A stretch of DNA of 64,000 nucleotides, taken from the NCBI RefSeq assembly GCF_963921235.1, contig NC_086097.1, forward strand, positions 10,850,001-10,914,000. Reading direction: 5' to 3'. This document shows, in pieces, positions 12,366 to 23,837 of this stretch (the stretch's first letter is position 1; every line of letters starts with the position of its first letter). This stretch comes from Mobula hypostoma. Its lineage: Eukaryota. The translations under genes and the position numbers were made by a program. Below the pieces are notes generated by a model. It had not been told where the DNA came from. It saw only the letters and a list, made by a program, of their open reading frames with translations, and made no database searches.

Positions 12366-13598
12366 ACTATTCCTCTTCTCACCCTGTCTCTTGCAAAAAC
12401 GCCATCCCCTTCTCGCAATTCCTCCGTCTCCGCCGCATCTGCTCTCAGGGTGAGGCTTTTCATTCTAGGACGAGGGAGATGTCTTCCTTTTTTAAAGAAA
12501 GGGGCTTCCCTTCCTCCACTATCAACTCTGCTCTTAAACGCATCTCCCCCATTTCACGTACATCTGCTCTCACTCCATCCTCCCGCCACCCCACTAGGAA
12601 TAGGGTTCCCCTGGTCCTCACCTACCACCCCACCAGCCTCCGGGTCCAACATATTATTCTCCGTAACTTCCGCCACCTCCAACGGGATCCCACCACTAAG
12701 CACATCTTCCCCCCCCCCTGCATTCCGCAGGGATTGCTCCCTACACAACTCCCTTGTCCATTCGTCCCCCCCATCCCTCCCCACTGATCTCCCTCCTGGC
12801 ACTTATCCGTGTAAGCGGAACAAGTGCTACACATGCCCTTACACTTCCTCCCTTACCACCATTCAGGGCCCCAAACAGTCCTTCCAGGTGAGGCAACACT
12901 TCACCTGTGAGTCGACTGGGGTGATATACTGCGTCCGGTGCTCCCGATGTAGCCTTTTGGCGAGACCCGACATAGACTGGGAGACCGCTTTGTTGAACAT
13001 CTACGCTCTGTCCGCCAGAGAAAGCAGGATCTCCCAGTGGCCACACATTTTAATTCCACATCCCATTCCCATTCTGACATATCTATCCACGGCCTCCTCT
13101 ACTGTAAAGATGAAGCCACACTCAGGTTGAAGGAACAACACCTTATATTCCGTCTGGGTAGCCTCCAACCTGATGGCATGAACATCGACTTCTCTAACTT
13201 CCGCTAAGGCCCCACCTCCCCCTCGTACCCCATCTGTTACTTTTTTTTTATGCACACATTCTTTCTCTCACTCTCCTTTTTCTCCCTCTGTCCCTCTGAA
13301 TATACCTCTTGCCCATCCTCTGGGTCCCCCCCCACCTTGTCTTTCTTCCCGGACCTCCTGCCCATGATCCTCTCGTATCCCCTTTTGCCTATCACCTGTC
13401 CAGCTCTTGGCTCTATCCCTCTCCCTCCTGTCTTCTCCTATCATTTTGGATCTCCCCCTCCCCCTCCAACTTTCAAATCCCTTATTCACTCTTCCTTCAG
13501 TTAGTCCTGACGAAGGGTCTTGGCCTGAAACGTCGACTGCACCTCTTCCTACAGATGCTGCTTGGCCTGCTGCGTTCACCAGCAACTTTGATGTGTGT
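12366..13598 (+). mobile_element. Penelope-like retroelement, 5'-truncated (linker, GIY-YIG endonuclease remnant and pLTR)
   Basis: FKERGFP...RVPLVLTYHP; Cys linker PCKRNKCYTCPY; FTCESTGVIYCVRCSRC, with the YIG motif lost by a small deletion; 13-bp TSD ACCTTGATGTAGG at 12353-12365 and 13599-13611. Confidence 0.9.
13503..13538 (+). ncRNA. Minimal type I hammerhead ribozyme motif
   Basis: AGTC-CTGACGA-A-GGGTC-TT-GGCCT-GAAA-C-GTC-GACT; stem I AGUC/GACU; predicted cut after C13534. Confidence 0.7.
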
Positions 13599-14314
13599 AC
13601 CTTGATGTAGGGTTTGGAGGGTTGTGTGCCTCATTGGCCTGGAGAGCTATGTTGGCTGGCATCACTGCCTTGTGCTTTGGTTCTTGGTAGGGTCACCCAT
13701 GCCAAACATTTCAAAGGGTAGAGGCTGGTTCCCCAGCCCTCCAGTTTCAGGATTCAGCTCACGGAAAACAACCCAGACTGTTAATACAAAATTGTTCCAG
13801 AATCAGCAATGAAGGCTCCTTCTATGTCTGATTGAGATAGTATTCCCAGGACTTGTATGACTGACAGTAGCAAAAACCAAAAGGAAGCTACTGGCATGAT
13901 GAAAGAAGTCCCGAACACCGCCAAGACCAGGGCAGACGGAGATGGCGGACCTTAGTTGCTGCTCTAAGTACCTGCAACGTAACAAGCAGTGTCCATCATT
14001 CAGCTAGGTTTCCGTCGTCTGTGATGTCATCCTCTAATAATTTTTACTTTCTACAAACACTTCTCATGTGTTACTCAGTCACATCAGGAGCTTCTTCCTG
14101 ATATGAAGATGAGAGCCAGACTGCTCTCGGTGTGCTCTCTCAAACGCAGGAGACGCATTGCCCATCTGTTAGGGTGTTTAAAATATTAAAAGGATGCAGT
14201 AGGACAGAGAGGGAGAAACTATTTCATCTGCTAAGTGAACAAGAGCGCAGGACATAACCTTAAAATTAGTGTTGGTTAGTAGTGAAGGAAACCAGGAAGC
14301 ACTTTCACAAGTAA

Positions 14315-14745
14315 AGAATCAGAATTAGGTTTAATATCACTGGCTTATGTCATGAAATTCATTGTTTTTGCAGCAGCAGTACAATGCAATACATAGTAAT
14401 GAAACTGTGAATTACAGTAAGGCATTAATGTAGGACATTGGACCCATGAACATTACCTCACTACTTTTTTATCACTGTATATATCTCCATTCAGAAATCA
14501 GATGGCTGAGGGGAAGAAGCTGTTCTTGAATCGCTGAATGTGTGTCTTCAAGCTTCTGTACTTCCTCCTTGATGGTAGCAATGAGAAGAGTGCATGTTCT
14601 GGGTGATACGGGTCCATAATGATGGATGCCACCTTTTTGAAGCATTGCCCTTTGAAAATGGTATGGAGGCTAGTGCCCATGTTGGAGCTGACTGAGTTCA
14701 CAATTTTCTGCAGATTCTTAAGACTCTGTGCAGTAACCCCCATCC
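14315..14745 (-). mobile_element. Rex1/Babar-like 3' fragment
   Basis: ASIIMDPYHPEHALFSLLPSRRKYRSLKTHIQRFKNSFFPSAI. Confidence 0.8.
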
Positions 14746-15424
14746 GCTATAGTGTATTGGAAATTTGATTTGGAACCCTCCACCTTTCTCCCAGCCGATA
14801 GCACTGTCACAAAGTATATTGTAAATACCAGAACAATTTAATATTTCAGCATTGCAAGTAATAGATTTTTTTGAAAGGGAGAACTAGGAATATGGGGCTC
14901 GAGCTGCTGAATCAAGATGAATCAAGGTCATCTATGATCTAACTGCATGGTGAAGCAAGCTCAAGGGAGAGAGTGGCCTTGCACGTGTTGAGCATTTCCA
15001 CAACAAATGCTCTGGAAAACTAGTATGAAATGCACTTCAAACTTCATTAGTTATCCTATCAGAATATCAACAGGAAAGGCTCCAACAAGCTTTGCGAAGC
15101 TCAGAATGTTCCTACAAGTAACTATTCGCGTCTGGGTGATCATGCGTGTGCACAGAACCTCACTAATAACTCGATGATTTATAATAGCTGCTGTGAGCAA
15201 TGTTAGTGAAGAAATATGATTAACGTTTTCTTACCTACCCTCTTCAGCTGCCAGTTTCAATCAAGCCAGGTTTGTTTCGTCCCTGACAGTCTCTTTTTTT
15301 CTGTATTGCTTTGCCAAGCTACTTAACATGTTGGTAACAATATGATAGTGAGAAAGAATTTATGGTTCTGACATTGTATTGCTTGGTAATGAATTATATT
15401 GCACTAAAACAGAGATTCCAAACC

Positions 15425-15612
15425 TTATTTATTTACTTATTTATTTATAGGATACAGCATGGAACAGGCCCTTCTGGTCCTTCAAGCCAAGCTGCCTAGC
15501 ATCCCTCAACGTAGCCTTAGCCTAATCACAGGACAATTTACAATGCCTAATTAGCCTACCAACCGATACATCTATGGACTGTGGGAGGAAACCAGAACGC
15601 CCAGAGGAAATT
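15425..15612 (-). mobile_element. V-domain (HE1-like) SINE 3' fragment
   Basis: 'ggactgtgggaggaaaccag' V-domain plus CR1-like tail; homologous to 21650-21922. Confidence 0.65.
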
Positions 15613-15994
15613 TATACCATTGACCCCTACCATTAGCCGAGGAGTCCAAGGGACACCAAGTTGGAAACCTCTGCATGGAAGACAGGAGAAACATAAAGAT
15701 AAAATAATTTAAAAATCATAAGTAAATTTATGGGAAATTAAAATTTTCCTTGTGAGCAGGATAAATTCTATATTCTGAAGTTCCAGCTGAATATTTAATT
15801 TGTGGGATTTCCATTGCATAGTTCAGGATTCTTTACATCTTAGTAAGTACTGCATTGGCATCTTTCCTGTCATCCACAATACTCGAGAGACAAATGCTCT
15901 CCTTCTCTCTGTCCATATTTATGAGTTAATACTTGCTGCTAAAAAGGGCAGATACAAAATCCAGAATGAATGATAAAATATGAAAAATTATCAT

Positions 15995-16262
15995 CTCTCA
16001 ACCTTTTGCTTCACCCCTCCTCCCCCGCTCCTTGCCCACCCACTTGGCTTCACTTTCACCTTCCAGCTGAACCTCTTTCCCCTCCCCTCCACCTTCTTAT
16101 TCTGACTTCTTCCCCCTTCCTATCCAGTCTTAATGAAGAATTTTGGCTGAAACATTGACTGTTTATTCAGTTCCATCGATACTGCCTGATCTGCTGAGTT
16201 CCTCCAGCATTTTATGTGTGTTGCTCTGGATTTCCAGCATCTGCAGAATCTCTAGTGTTTAA
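15995..16262 (+). mobile_element. Penelope-like terminus, degraded
   Basis: C/T-rich tract, decayed hammerhead motif at 16125-16161, 'gagttcctccagcatttt' end. Confidence 0.7.
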
Positions 16263-16604
16263 AAATCGTACTGGTTATGATTACCAATGATGAGTTTTAT
16301 TTATCTAACAAACACATGGTCCATGAAATTTCAAACTATTTGATCATTTTCATTTCACTCAATGAAAAGAAGGTCATGAAGGGAAAGTGATTTGCTGGAT
16401 CAATGTCTCTTTTTATCAGTTTAGATTTTGCAACACTAGTTGGTGGCAGGGATATTGACAATATTGTCCAGTGATTCTTATACTCACATCTGATTGAATT
16501 AAAAATAGTGTTTCAATATTCAGCCTATTGCTATTTATCATAAGGACATATTTTTCTTCCTCTGTAGCCTCTTCCTCCTCCACTGCCTAGTCTTATTACA
16601 CATT

Positions 16605-17238
16605 AGCATTCATTTCAACAGGACTAGAATATAAAAGCAGAGATGTAATGCAGAGGCTTTATAGGGCAATGGTCAGACTGCACTTGAAATATTGTGAGCA
16701 GTTTCAGGCCTCTTATTAAAGAAAGGATGTGCTGGCTTTGGAGAGGGCCCAGAGGAAGTCTATGAGAATGATCCCAGGAAAGACAGGGTAAATGTATGAG
16801 AAGCATTTGATATCTCTGGGCCATACTCACTGAAGTTTAGAAGAATGAGAAAGGGATCATATTCAAGCCTATGGAATATTGAAAAGTTTAGATGAAGTGG
16901 ATGTAGAGAGAATGTTTCCTATAGTGGAGGAGTCTAGGGCCAGAGGACACAGAATCAGATTAGAGGGACATCCATTTAAACAGAGATGAAGAGGAATTTC
17001 TTCAGTCAGAGGGTGATGAAACTGTGGAATTCATTGCCACAGGTGGCTGTGGAGGCCAGGTCATTAGACATATTTAAAGCAGAGATTGACTGGTTCTTGA
17101 TCAGTAAGGGTGTCAAAGGCTATTAGAGGAAGGCAGCAGAACGGGGTTGAGAGGGATAATAAATCAGCTTTGTTTGAATAGTGGAGCAGACCTGATGGGT
17201 CGAATGGCCTAATTCTACTCCTATGTCTTCTGGTCTTA
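16605..17238 (+). mobile_element. CR1 LINE 3' fragment
   Basis: Homologous to 27680-28280 and 33824-34450; CR1 tail. Confidence 0.85.
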
Positions 17239-17362
17239 AACACAAAATAATCTGCAGATGCTGGGGTCAAAGCAACACTCACAACATGCTGGAGGAACTC
17301 AGCAGGTTGGGCAGCATCCGTGGAAACGATGAGTTGACCTTTCGGGCTGGAGCCCTTCGTCA
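17239..17362 (-). mobile_element. 124-bp Penelope-terminus insertion with hammerhead core
   Basis: Flanked by GGTCTTA at 17232-17238 and 17363-17369; minus strand reads (C)TGACGA-A-GGGCT-CC-AGCCC-GAAA-G-GTC. Confidence 0.75.
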
Positions 17363-17885
17363 GGTCTTATGATCTTAACTTGCTCTGAATTTTCTTCAGC
17401 TTATAGTTTCTTTTATACCTAATTTTAATTTTCCTTCAACTTTCCTGATGTTTTCCCTCTCTATTGTTCTGTAATGTCCAAAGGAAACCAAAATCAATTC
17501 AAAGAATGAAGTTCTTTTTGCACATGTACAAGAAACACTAAACAATTGTGTTATTTTCAATCACTAACTCTATCCAGTGACATTTAATTTCTCCCTTCTC
17601 TAAACTTGAGCTTGACTTGCTATCAGATGATCAATCAAAAGAAAATAAACTCAGCTATTTAAATAAATTTTTCAATATAGTTTACAGTATTAGCTAGAAT
17701 TAGAATTAGCATATTTTAATTCTAGCTAAAACTGCACATTATATTTATGTAAATAAATTATTTGAATAAATATTAAGTTAACTGAAAAAGTAACTTGAAA
17801 CTTTTCATAGCAAGCAGTAATATTTTTTATGATAAGCTACAAAATTTAATAATTTTACTTGATCATGAATCAAACTTACAATATA

Positions 17886-18900
17886 CACTCAGTGGCCACT
17901 TTATTTGGTACACATGCTCGTTAACGCGAATATTTCATCAGTCAATCATGTAGCAGCAACTCAGGGGATAAGAGCAGGCAGACATGGTTGAAGGGTTCAG
18001 TTGTTGTTCAGAGCAAACATCAGAATGAAGAAGAAATGTGATCTTAGTGACGCACACAAAATGTTGGGAAAGATCAACAGATCAGGCAGTATCTATGGAA
18101 ATGAATAGATAATCAATGCTTCAGGCCAAGCCTCCTGCAGATGCTGGAATAAAAAGGTGCAGAGAGGGAAAAGAGGCTCGCTAGAAGGTATTAGGTGAAT
18201 CCAGGTGGGTGGGAAAGGACAAGGAGTTGAGAAGAAGAAATCTGATGGGAGAGGTGAGTAGACATTAAGAGAAAGGGAAGGAGAAGGGGACCTAGGGGTG
18301 AACAGGTGAGAAGAGGTGAAATGTTAGAGCAGGGAATAGTGGAAGGCTGGGGGGGGGGGCCGTTTGCTGGAAGAATAAATCAATATTCATGCCATCAGGT
18401 TGGACGCAACCCAGACGGAAGATAAGCTGTAGGCCTCCACTCTGAGGGTGGCCTCATCTTGGCACAAGAGGATGCCATGGACCAACACATTGGAATGGGA
18501 AAGGGAATTAGAATTAAAATGTTTGGCCACTGGGAAGTCCTGCTTGTGTTGAATGGCACAGGGGTACTCGATGAAGCATTCACCCATCGCAATTTACGAT
18601 GGGTCTCTCCAATTTAAAGGAGGCTGCATCAGAAGCACTGGAAACGATTGATAACCCCAGCAGATTCACAGGTGAAACATTGCCTCACCTGGAAGTGATC
18701 TCTGTGACTTTGACTGTGGAATGATTGGTGCCAGATGGGGTGCTTTGAGTATCTCAGAAATGGCTGATCTCCTAGGATTTTCATGCACAACAATCTCTAG
18801 AGTTTACAGAGAATGGTGCAAAAAACAATTAAAAAATACATCCAGTAAGCAGCAGTTCTGTGGGTGAAAACACATTGTTACCACAGTGAGAGAGGTCAGA
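17886..18900 (+). mobile_element. Tc1/mariner transposon 5' fragment, split by a Penelope insertion
   Basis: TA followed by 'cactcagtggccactttatt' TIR; decayed transposase start MKKKCDLSD...LSISEMADLLGFSCTTISRVYREW. Confidence 0.8.
18052..18694 (-). mobile_element. Penelope-like element, 5'-truncated
   Basis: ...KQDFPVAKHFNS...LVHGILLCQDEATLRVE homologous to 12880-13200; 14-bp TSD gtgatcttagtgac/gtgatctctgtgac at 18038-18051 and 18695-18708. Confidence 0.8.
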
Positions 18901-19315
18901 CAAATTTAAAGACATATGACAGTGATATTAACAAACAAGAGAAAATCTGCAATGCTGGAAATCTGAGCAACACATATAAAATGCTGTCTGGCCTGCTGAG
19001 TTCCTCCAGCATTTTGACGGTGATATGAAACCTTGTTCTGATATGTTTACAGAAGGTACTTTAGAAAACCTAGGCATTTTTTTCAATCTAATAATCTTCA
19101 ACATCTTGATGTTACATTCAATTAAGGTTTCTATAAACAGCTGTGCTCTCACTTATGCAATGATCGAGTCGAACCTGGTCAGTGGAATGAAAATAGAAAA
19201 TTTGAATCTATCGCGTTGATGGTAACCTTTGGGGAATTTCATGAATACTTAGTTTGCCAGTGCATTGAAAGTAGGTCTGAACCTCCTTACTGGAGAGTTT
19301 TAGAATTTGTTTGCC

Positions 19316-19475
19316 TCTGTTAATAGGTTCAGACCCACTCCCCTGCGTTCATCAGCTACACCAGGCCAACTCTTTTATCTTCATTAGTGACACTGACTTA
19401 GCTTCTTTGTCTTCATTAACAATACCAGGCCAATTGCTTTGCCTTCTATAACAGGACTGGGCTGGTTCCTCTGCA
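19316..19475. repeat. Degenerate 32-bp minisatellite, about 5 units
   Basis: Units start at 19316, 19348, 19380, 19412 and 19444. Confidence 0.6.
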
Positions 19476-19568
19476 TTTGTTAGCTTGTCACAGGACTGAA
19501 CTGGCAGCAAAGATCATTTGACATCAGTTGTTTATGCTGGCAGAATGTTGGCAGGTGTATCAAAGCAC

Positions 19569-19573
19569 GTGCG

Positions 19574-19618
<45 letters not shown>
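19569..19618. repeat. (GT)n microsatellite
   Basis: Directly visible. Confidence 0.95.
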
Positions 19619-19621
<3 letters not shown>

Positions 19622-20104
19622 TGAAGCTTCACCTGTAGATCATATCAGCACCTTGTAAAATCATCTGTTCCTGTGATACCAGCACTCAAATCTTTAGATT
19701 GAGTGGTCTCAAGATCAGTGGCTTTCAATGTACAATCATTTGTTTCAAGGATAAGCAACTCATACAAATATAATACCTGTTTGTATTCAGTAAAATTTCC
19801 TCCTGATTGTGCCAATTCTAATCCAGAATGATAAAGCTTTGAAATTGAAGTCTATATTTTATTTTCAAATTTGATTTAGGTTAGTCCAGAAGCTATTAAA
19901 AATAAATTCCAATCCAGTTAGGCTTATGATTCACAAACAAAGAAGCTTTCATCTATTTTTGGCTGAAGCTATCGTAGCAGTGATGAAGAAAGGTGCAGAT
20001 AGAGAGGATTGAAAATACTGGCAGTTCTCAGCAGATTAGCAACCTTAAACATGAACTCTCCTTCTCAGTCTGCTGACACTGCCTAACCTGTTGAACCTCT
20101 CTCA

Positions 20105-20460
20105 GAAATGCAGGCATAGCTGCAGTGGCCATTGCTGGAGCGGACTTCAGGCCAGATTGGAGCAGTGGGGTTTGGACCCAGGAGTGAAAAATGAACCGAC
20201 GTTTAGCTGATTTACATGTCGAGCCAGATTGAAAAGACTAAGGCATCAAGACCGAGGATGAGGATGAAGGTTCAGTTCACTATACTCCAGACACTTCTCT
20301 CACCTCGGCGCTCAATTAACTCCATGGCTGTGGACTCACTTTTGGGGACTCTGCAGTTGATATTATTTGCTTACTTTTTTATTGTTTGCACGATTTGGCG
20401 AATATTAGGGTTGTATACTACATGCATATTTTGATAATAAATGTACCTTGAACTTGAATT
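20105..20460 (+). mobile_element. Non-autonomous retroposon with Rex1/Babar-type tail
   Basis: Tail 'agggttgtatactacatgcatattttgataataaatgtaccttgaacttgaa'. Confidence 0.5.
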
Positions 20461-21107
20461 GTAACTTTCTTTCATTAGTGAAAGAAAGATCCGCATTTGT
20501 GCTGCACCTCTCATTTACAGGCAACCCAAATTGCCGTACAACTATTTAATACTTTATTAAATGTAACCATGGTAGAGATGTAAGGAATCTGACAAATTGT
20601 TCACAGCAAACTCCCATAAATAGTATTTTGATAACGTGCTGTTATCTTCACTCAAAGCTAAATATTGGGCACACATCAGAATCAAGCTTAATAGCACAGG
20701 CATATGGATGGGTATCTTCAGACTCTTGTATCTCCCCCTTGATGGTAGAAATGAGAAGAGGCCTTGTTCTATGTTTTGCTGGCTGCCATTTTGAGACATT
20801 GTCTTTTGAAGATGTCCTTGTTGCTGGGGAGACTAGCGGCCAAGATCCTGTGCAGTGGCCCCTCCATACCAGACAACAATGCAAAGAGTTACAGTGCTCT
20901 CCATAGTACATCTATAGAAATTTGCCAGAGAAATAGCTACTTCTCTGTCAAATTAGGGCCTTTCATACCCACCTGAATTTAAAATAATATAAAAACACAG
21001 CACTTCCAGCGTTACAATCCTCCACTTGATGGTCAGGTGAGAAATTTCTGCCCCTGACTCATCAAGGAGAGTTTTGAACTTTTGAGCAGGGACTTTCCAT
21101 GCAAAAA

Positions 21108-21358
21108 TATCAGGAGTCAATCGACTTGGGACTTTGAGACTTTTTTTTTTACTGTGCCCATAGTCTGTTCTTCATCAAATTATGGTATTGCTTTGCACTG
21201 CTGTAACGATATGTTATAATTATGTGGTTCTGTCAGTGTTAGTCTTTGGTTTGTCCTGTTTTCTATGATATCACACCAGAGAAACATTGTATCATGTCTT
21301 AATGCGTGTATGCATTTCTAAATGACAATAAAAGAGGACTGAGTGTTCTCATAATCTA
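21108..21358 (+). mobile_element. 3' part of the (aatct)n-tailed non-autonomous family
   Basis: Reverse complement of the left part of 49166-49850 and 57108-57772. Confidence 0.8.
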
Positions 21359-21459
21359 AAAAACAATATGTGTGCTACTGACTGAATTACAGTCTGAGGT
21401 TTAATAGTACTTTTTTGTTCATTGATCAACAATTCACCAACTTCACTAAATTATACAAT

Positions 21460-22128
21460 CAGAATCTGAATCAGGTTTAATACTATTCAAAAATGTTATG
21501 AAATTTGTTGTTTTGTATCAGCAGTACAGTGCAATACATAATAAAGAAAACTAAATTACAATGAGAAATATATGCGTTTATGTATATATACAATTAATTT
21601 AAACAAGTGGTGCAAAAAGAGAGCAAAAGAAATAATAGCAAGGTAATTTGTTATTTATTGAGATACAGTGTGGAGCAGACCCTTCCAGCCCTTCAATCCA
21701 CGCCACCCAGCAACCCCCAAATTAATCCTAGCCGAAACATAGGACAATTTACAATGACCAATTAACCTACCACCCAGTCTGTGTTTCGACTCTGGGAGAA
21801 AACTGGAGCAGCCGGCGGAAAGCCACACGGTCACAGGGAGAACATACAAACTCGTGACAAATAGCACCTAGGTCACTGGTACTATAAAGCATTGTGCTAA
21901 CCGCTACACAACCATGCCGCCCCATACATGGGCTTATTGTCCGTTCAGAAATCTGATGGCAGAGGGGAAGAAGCTGTTCCTGAAACATTGAGTACGTCTT
22001 TTCAGGCTTCTGAACCTCCTCCTTGATGGTGGCAATAGGTATGCCATGGGTGATGAGGGTCCTTAATGATGGATGCTGCCTTACAAGTCATTGCCTTTTG
22101 AAGGTGTCCTTGATTCTGGGGAGGATCT
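21460..22128 (-). mobile_element. Rex1/Babar-like 3' fragment hosting a SINE
   Basis: (attctg) tail; 'gggaagaagctgttcctgaa' motif shared with 14500 and 61160. Confidence 0.7.
21650..21922 (-). mobile_element. V-domain (HE1-like) tRNA SINE, near full length
   Basis: Minus strand: tRNA-like head 'gggcggcatggttgtgtagcggttagc', V-domain, CR1-like tail. Confidence 0.8.
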
Positions 22129-22520
22129 TAATACAAAAACATATGTGCTGCCAACTGAGTCGCAATTGTTGTTTCAATATTATTTTTACATTAATTGATC
22201 AACCATTCACTAATTTCACTAAGTCACAGAATGCTACATTATGTAACTTCACCGTTGACTGGATGGCACATTGAAATGTTCTCTCAGAAATTATTTCCTC
22301 TTCAAAAGTAAACTGAAGAAACATCACATTACAAAAAAGATGATGATTCAATTTTAATTACTTGTGTAAATTTGAACAAATTTTCTCACACCTATTCTCC
22401 TAGGAACAATTTTATTTGAAAGATAATTTATCAGCAGTAAGCAACATATTGTTATTAGCAAGTTAGCTGTAATATTGAATAAAATGAATTCATGGAATGC
22501 AGAAGTGCTTTTCTAGTTGA

Positions 22521-22729
22521 ATATATTGAAGTAATATGTTGAGATACATGATACTGTAACGAATAGTGTGATGATTAGTATGTAGCATAATGATTTATAT
22601 ATTGAGGTAATAGGTTGGGACAGCATGCTACTGTAACGATGAGTGTTACAATTAGTATATAGCATAATGACTTATATATTGAGGTAAGATGTTGGGATGG
22701 GATGGTACTTTAGCGGTTAGTGTAACACT
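22521..22729. repeat. Tandem repeat, 76-77 bp, about 2.7 units
   Basis: 'tatattga(a/g)gtaa' recurs at 22522, 22598 and 22675. Confidence 0.8.
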
Positions 22730-23210
22730 GCTCTCTCTCTCTCACTGGCTATCCATCCCATAGGATGATGATGGTTCCTTTCAGTCATTTAGTAGGGTTG
22801 ACCCCACTCCTCAGAAAGGAACAGCGTGTGAGTGAATGGATTTTAGGTGAGTAGGAGGTGGCACAGGTCCAGACCCACCCTCTCGACATCCCCTCCCGGA
22901 TCCAGTGGCATGGTGGGGTCCAAGACGGCTGGGGAAAGTTCTGTTGCAGTGAACGGCCAAACCAAGCTTCGATGCAAGGAATGCCCTTTCCACGCTTCAT
23001 GGCAATGTTTGCTAGATGGCTGTTGACCCTATGAGAGGGTTCATCCACCCTTTGACAGGTCTTGTTTTTCATCCTGAAGGGTGTCTAGCCACCCTCCTCA
23101 CCAGGCAAGCCTGGTGGGGGAGCCGGTTTATTTGCCGACCACCCGACCATGCGACAGGTAGTACTGGGTCACATGATACCAGTAGCACTCAGACGAGTGA
23201 CCTGACCTTA
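22730..23210 (-). mobile_element. Unclassified non-autonomous retroposon, possibly RTE-related
   Basis: (ct)n tail at the left end; flanked by taacact/caacact. Confidence 0.5.
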
Positions 23211-23304
23211 CAACACTATTGACCCGGGTGCAATCCCTGTCGCTGTTCTCTCCATGATGGCGTGTGCTTCCTCCTGGTGCTCCAGTTTCCTCCCGTATTC
23301 CAGT

Positions 23305-23837
23305 TGTAACACGCTGTAAGGTTTCACTGCTAATGTAATGGTCTCTCTGTAGCAGCTATGTTTGGGTTATGACTAGAGACTTTGGAATGTGTGCTATCCA
23401 ATGAGAGGCAGGTTGTTTTTTCTTGTGGGTCTGAGAGAGGGAATTTGCATCTTTTGTTTGGCAGAAGATGTCAGAATGGCGAAGTCGCAGACTGCAGCAT
23501 GGAGTGGACTTGGAATGGGCTCAGGAGTTGACGCCTGGGCGGAAATCGATGGAGAAAACGACAGACAGGAAAACTGTGAGCTCCAACTTTGCGAAATAGA
23601 CTGCTTCATGAGAATGGGCTCTTTTTTCTCTTTCTTTACTAACCCTACAGTCAAATTAAGAATTATAATAACTCAATCATTTAATTGCATGTTGTGTACT
23701 GTTTGTCATTTTGTGGTACTGATTTGTAACGGGGAACACATCACGCAGCATCGACCCAAACAAGATTTCTCAAATTTGGCCGGGCTGAAGGCTGCCTTTC
23801 CCCAGAGTAAGCCGCTAGCCGAACCCTGAGGGCCACA
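23305..23837. mobile_element. Solo LTR, family A
   Basis: TGTAAC...CCACA; TSD CAGT/CAAT; homologous to 3485-4041. Confidence 0.8.

Larger units (their letters stand above)
12330..13990 (+). mobile_element. RTE (Expander-like) 5'-UTR-derived non-autonomous element, split by a Penelope insertion
   Basis: 'gagctatgttggctgg...ggtagggtcacccatgccaaaca' resembles the 5' UTR of fish RTE/Expander elements (from recall); the sequence is continuous across the TSD. Confidence 0.5.

Noticed and set aside
9899..13598. A single Penelope element with inverted terminal pLTRs
   Set aside because: The plus-strand copy has its own 13-bp TSD and lies inside another element, so these are independent insertions.
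19316..22729. CRISPR-like arrays (32-bp and 76-bp periodic repeats)
   Set aside because: These are contiguous degenerate tandem units without unique spacers, in eukaryotic context with no cas genes.
3485..23837. Paired LTRs of one full-length provirus (also 44610/51037 and 35106/46540)
   Set aside because: Each LTR has its own TSD, and there is no gag-pol between them.
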